Shown piece after piece: positions 63,330 to 64,000 of a DNA stretch of 64,000 nucleotides. The notes below the pieces were generated by a model, which had not been told where the DNA came from, did no database searches, and was given only the letters and a program-made list of their open reading frames with translations. The position numbers and the translations under genes were made by a program. Every line of letters begins with the position of its first letter. The first letter of the stretch is position 1. The stretch comes from Sphyrna mokarran (Eukaryota), in the NCBI GenBank assembly GCA_024679065.1, contig JAGIQG010000004.1:41292001-41356000 (forward strand), in the 5' to 3' direction.

Positions 63330-64000
63330 CTTTCACTTGTCTTTACTTTATTCCTCTTGTAGATGTGTAGTTGTCATGGGCATTTCTGCCACATCATAAC
63401 CATGTAATGGCATTCTCATTTGGCTTCTCTGAATTCTCACCCTCTTCAATTCATCCCCTTCCAACTCCCTCTCCTTCATGTCCTGTTGTGATAACACATT
63501 CCAGCTTTGCAGTGCGAGGTTGTGCAGGACACAGCAAACAATGATAATGTGGGACACTGTCTATGGTGAATGTTGGAGGGCCCTCCTGATTGACCGTAAC
63601 ATCTGAAACTCATCTTTAAAAGGCCAATAATATGCTTTATTAAGAACATTGTGGTTGAATGTGTAATGTTATTCTCTACTCAGGTGCATTCTGTGGCTGA
63701 TGAATGGGCATCATTAGCCATGTCTTCTGAAGATATATACTCCTTATCACCCCGAGAGCAAATCCTCTAAGAGCCGAGCTCTCGCGAATGTCTCTGGTAC
63801 CTGAGAGTGACTCAAAATAAATGAGTTCCCTCAATATTTAGTACAAAAATGCTGTATCTGCTTTTTGTGCTATGCTGATAGGGAGGGAAACATGCCACCT
63901 TATCCAACCTGAACTGCACCTAACTCTCTTCAACTGCAATGGTGTTAACTTTAAAAACACCATTTGATCACAATCAAACTGCACATTCAGAGAATGAAAT
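63330..64000 (-). mobile_element. PIF/Harbinger transposase pseudogene (DDE_Tnp_4-like, runs off the window end)
   Basis: Minus strand gives FHSLNVQFDCD, a degenerate LGDKxY motif, HSTT..IIGLLKMSFRC and IIIVCCVLHNLAL (ORF 63348..63557). Confidence 0.85.

Noticed and set aside
63330-64000. Domesticated HARBI1 gene
   Set aside because: Catalytic motifs are degenerate and frames are broken; it is a transposon fossil.

Overview
Vertebrate genomic DNA, very probably from an elasmobranch (shark), judged by its SINE/LINE repertoire. The window holds one protein-coding gene, the TALE-class Iroquois homeobox gene Irx6. It is on the + strand with six coding exons (ATG 26755, stop 30521, 473 aa by my exon assembly), an intact homeodomain and an IRO box. 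The gene lies in a roughly 15-kb CpG-retaining domain that carries several candidate conserved non-coding enhancers with Pbx-Hox, Meis and Sox motifs. The flanks are a gene desert of decayed transposons: HE1/V-type and Deu-domain SINEs, CR1, L2 and Rex1/Babar LINE fragments, Penelope-like elements (RT, GIY-YIG, and termini with hammerhead-ribozyme relics), PIF/Harbinger remnants, MITEs and LTR-like pieces. I found no convincing new multi-gene system. The most unusual structures are a ~750-bp palindrome with nested 24-bp hairpins (12891-13637), very short TSD-flanked Penelope termini carrying hammerhead relics, a perfect 41-bp inverted repeat upstream of Irx6, local templated duplications, and tandem splice donors straddling the Irx6 stop codon. 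Repeat boundaries are approximate and family names come from recognition, not from a database search.
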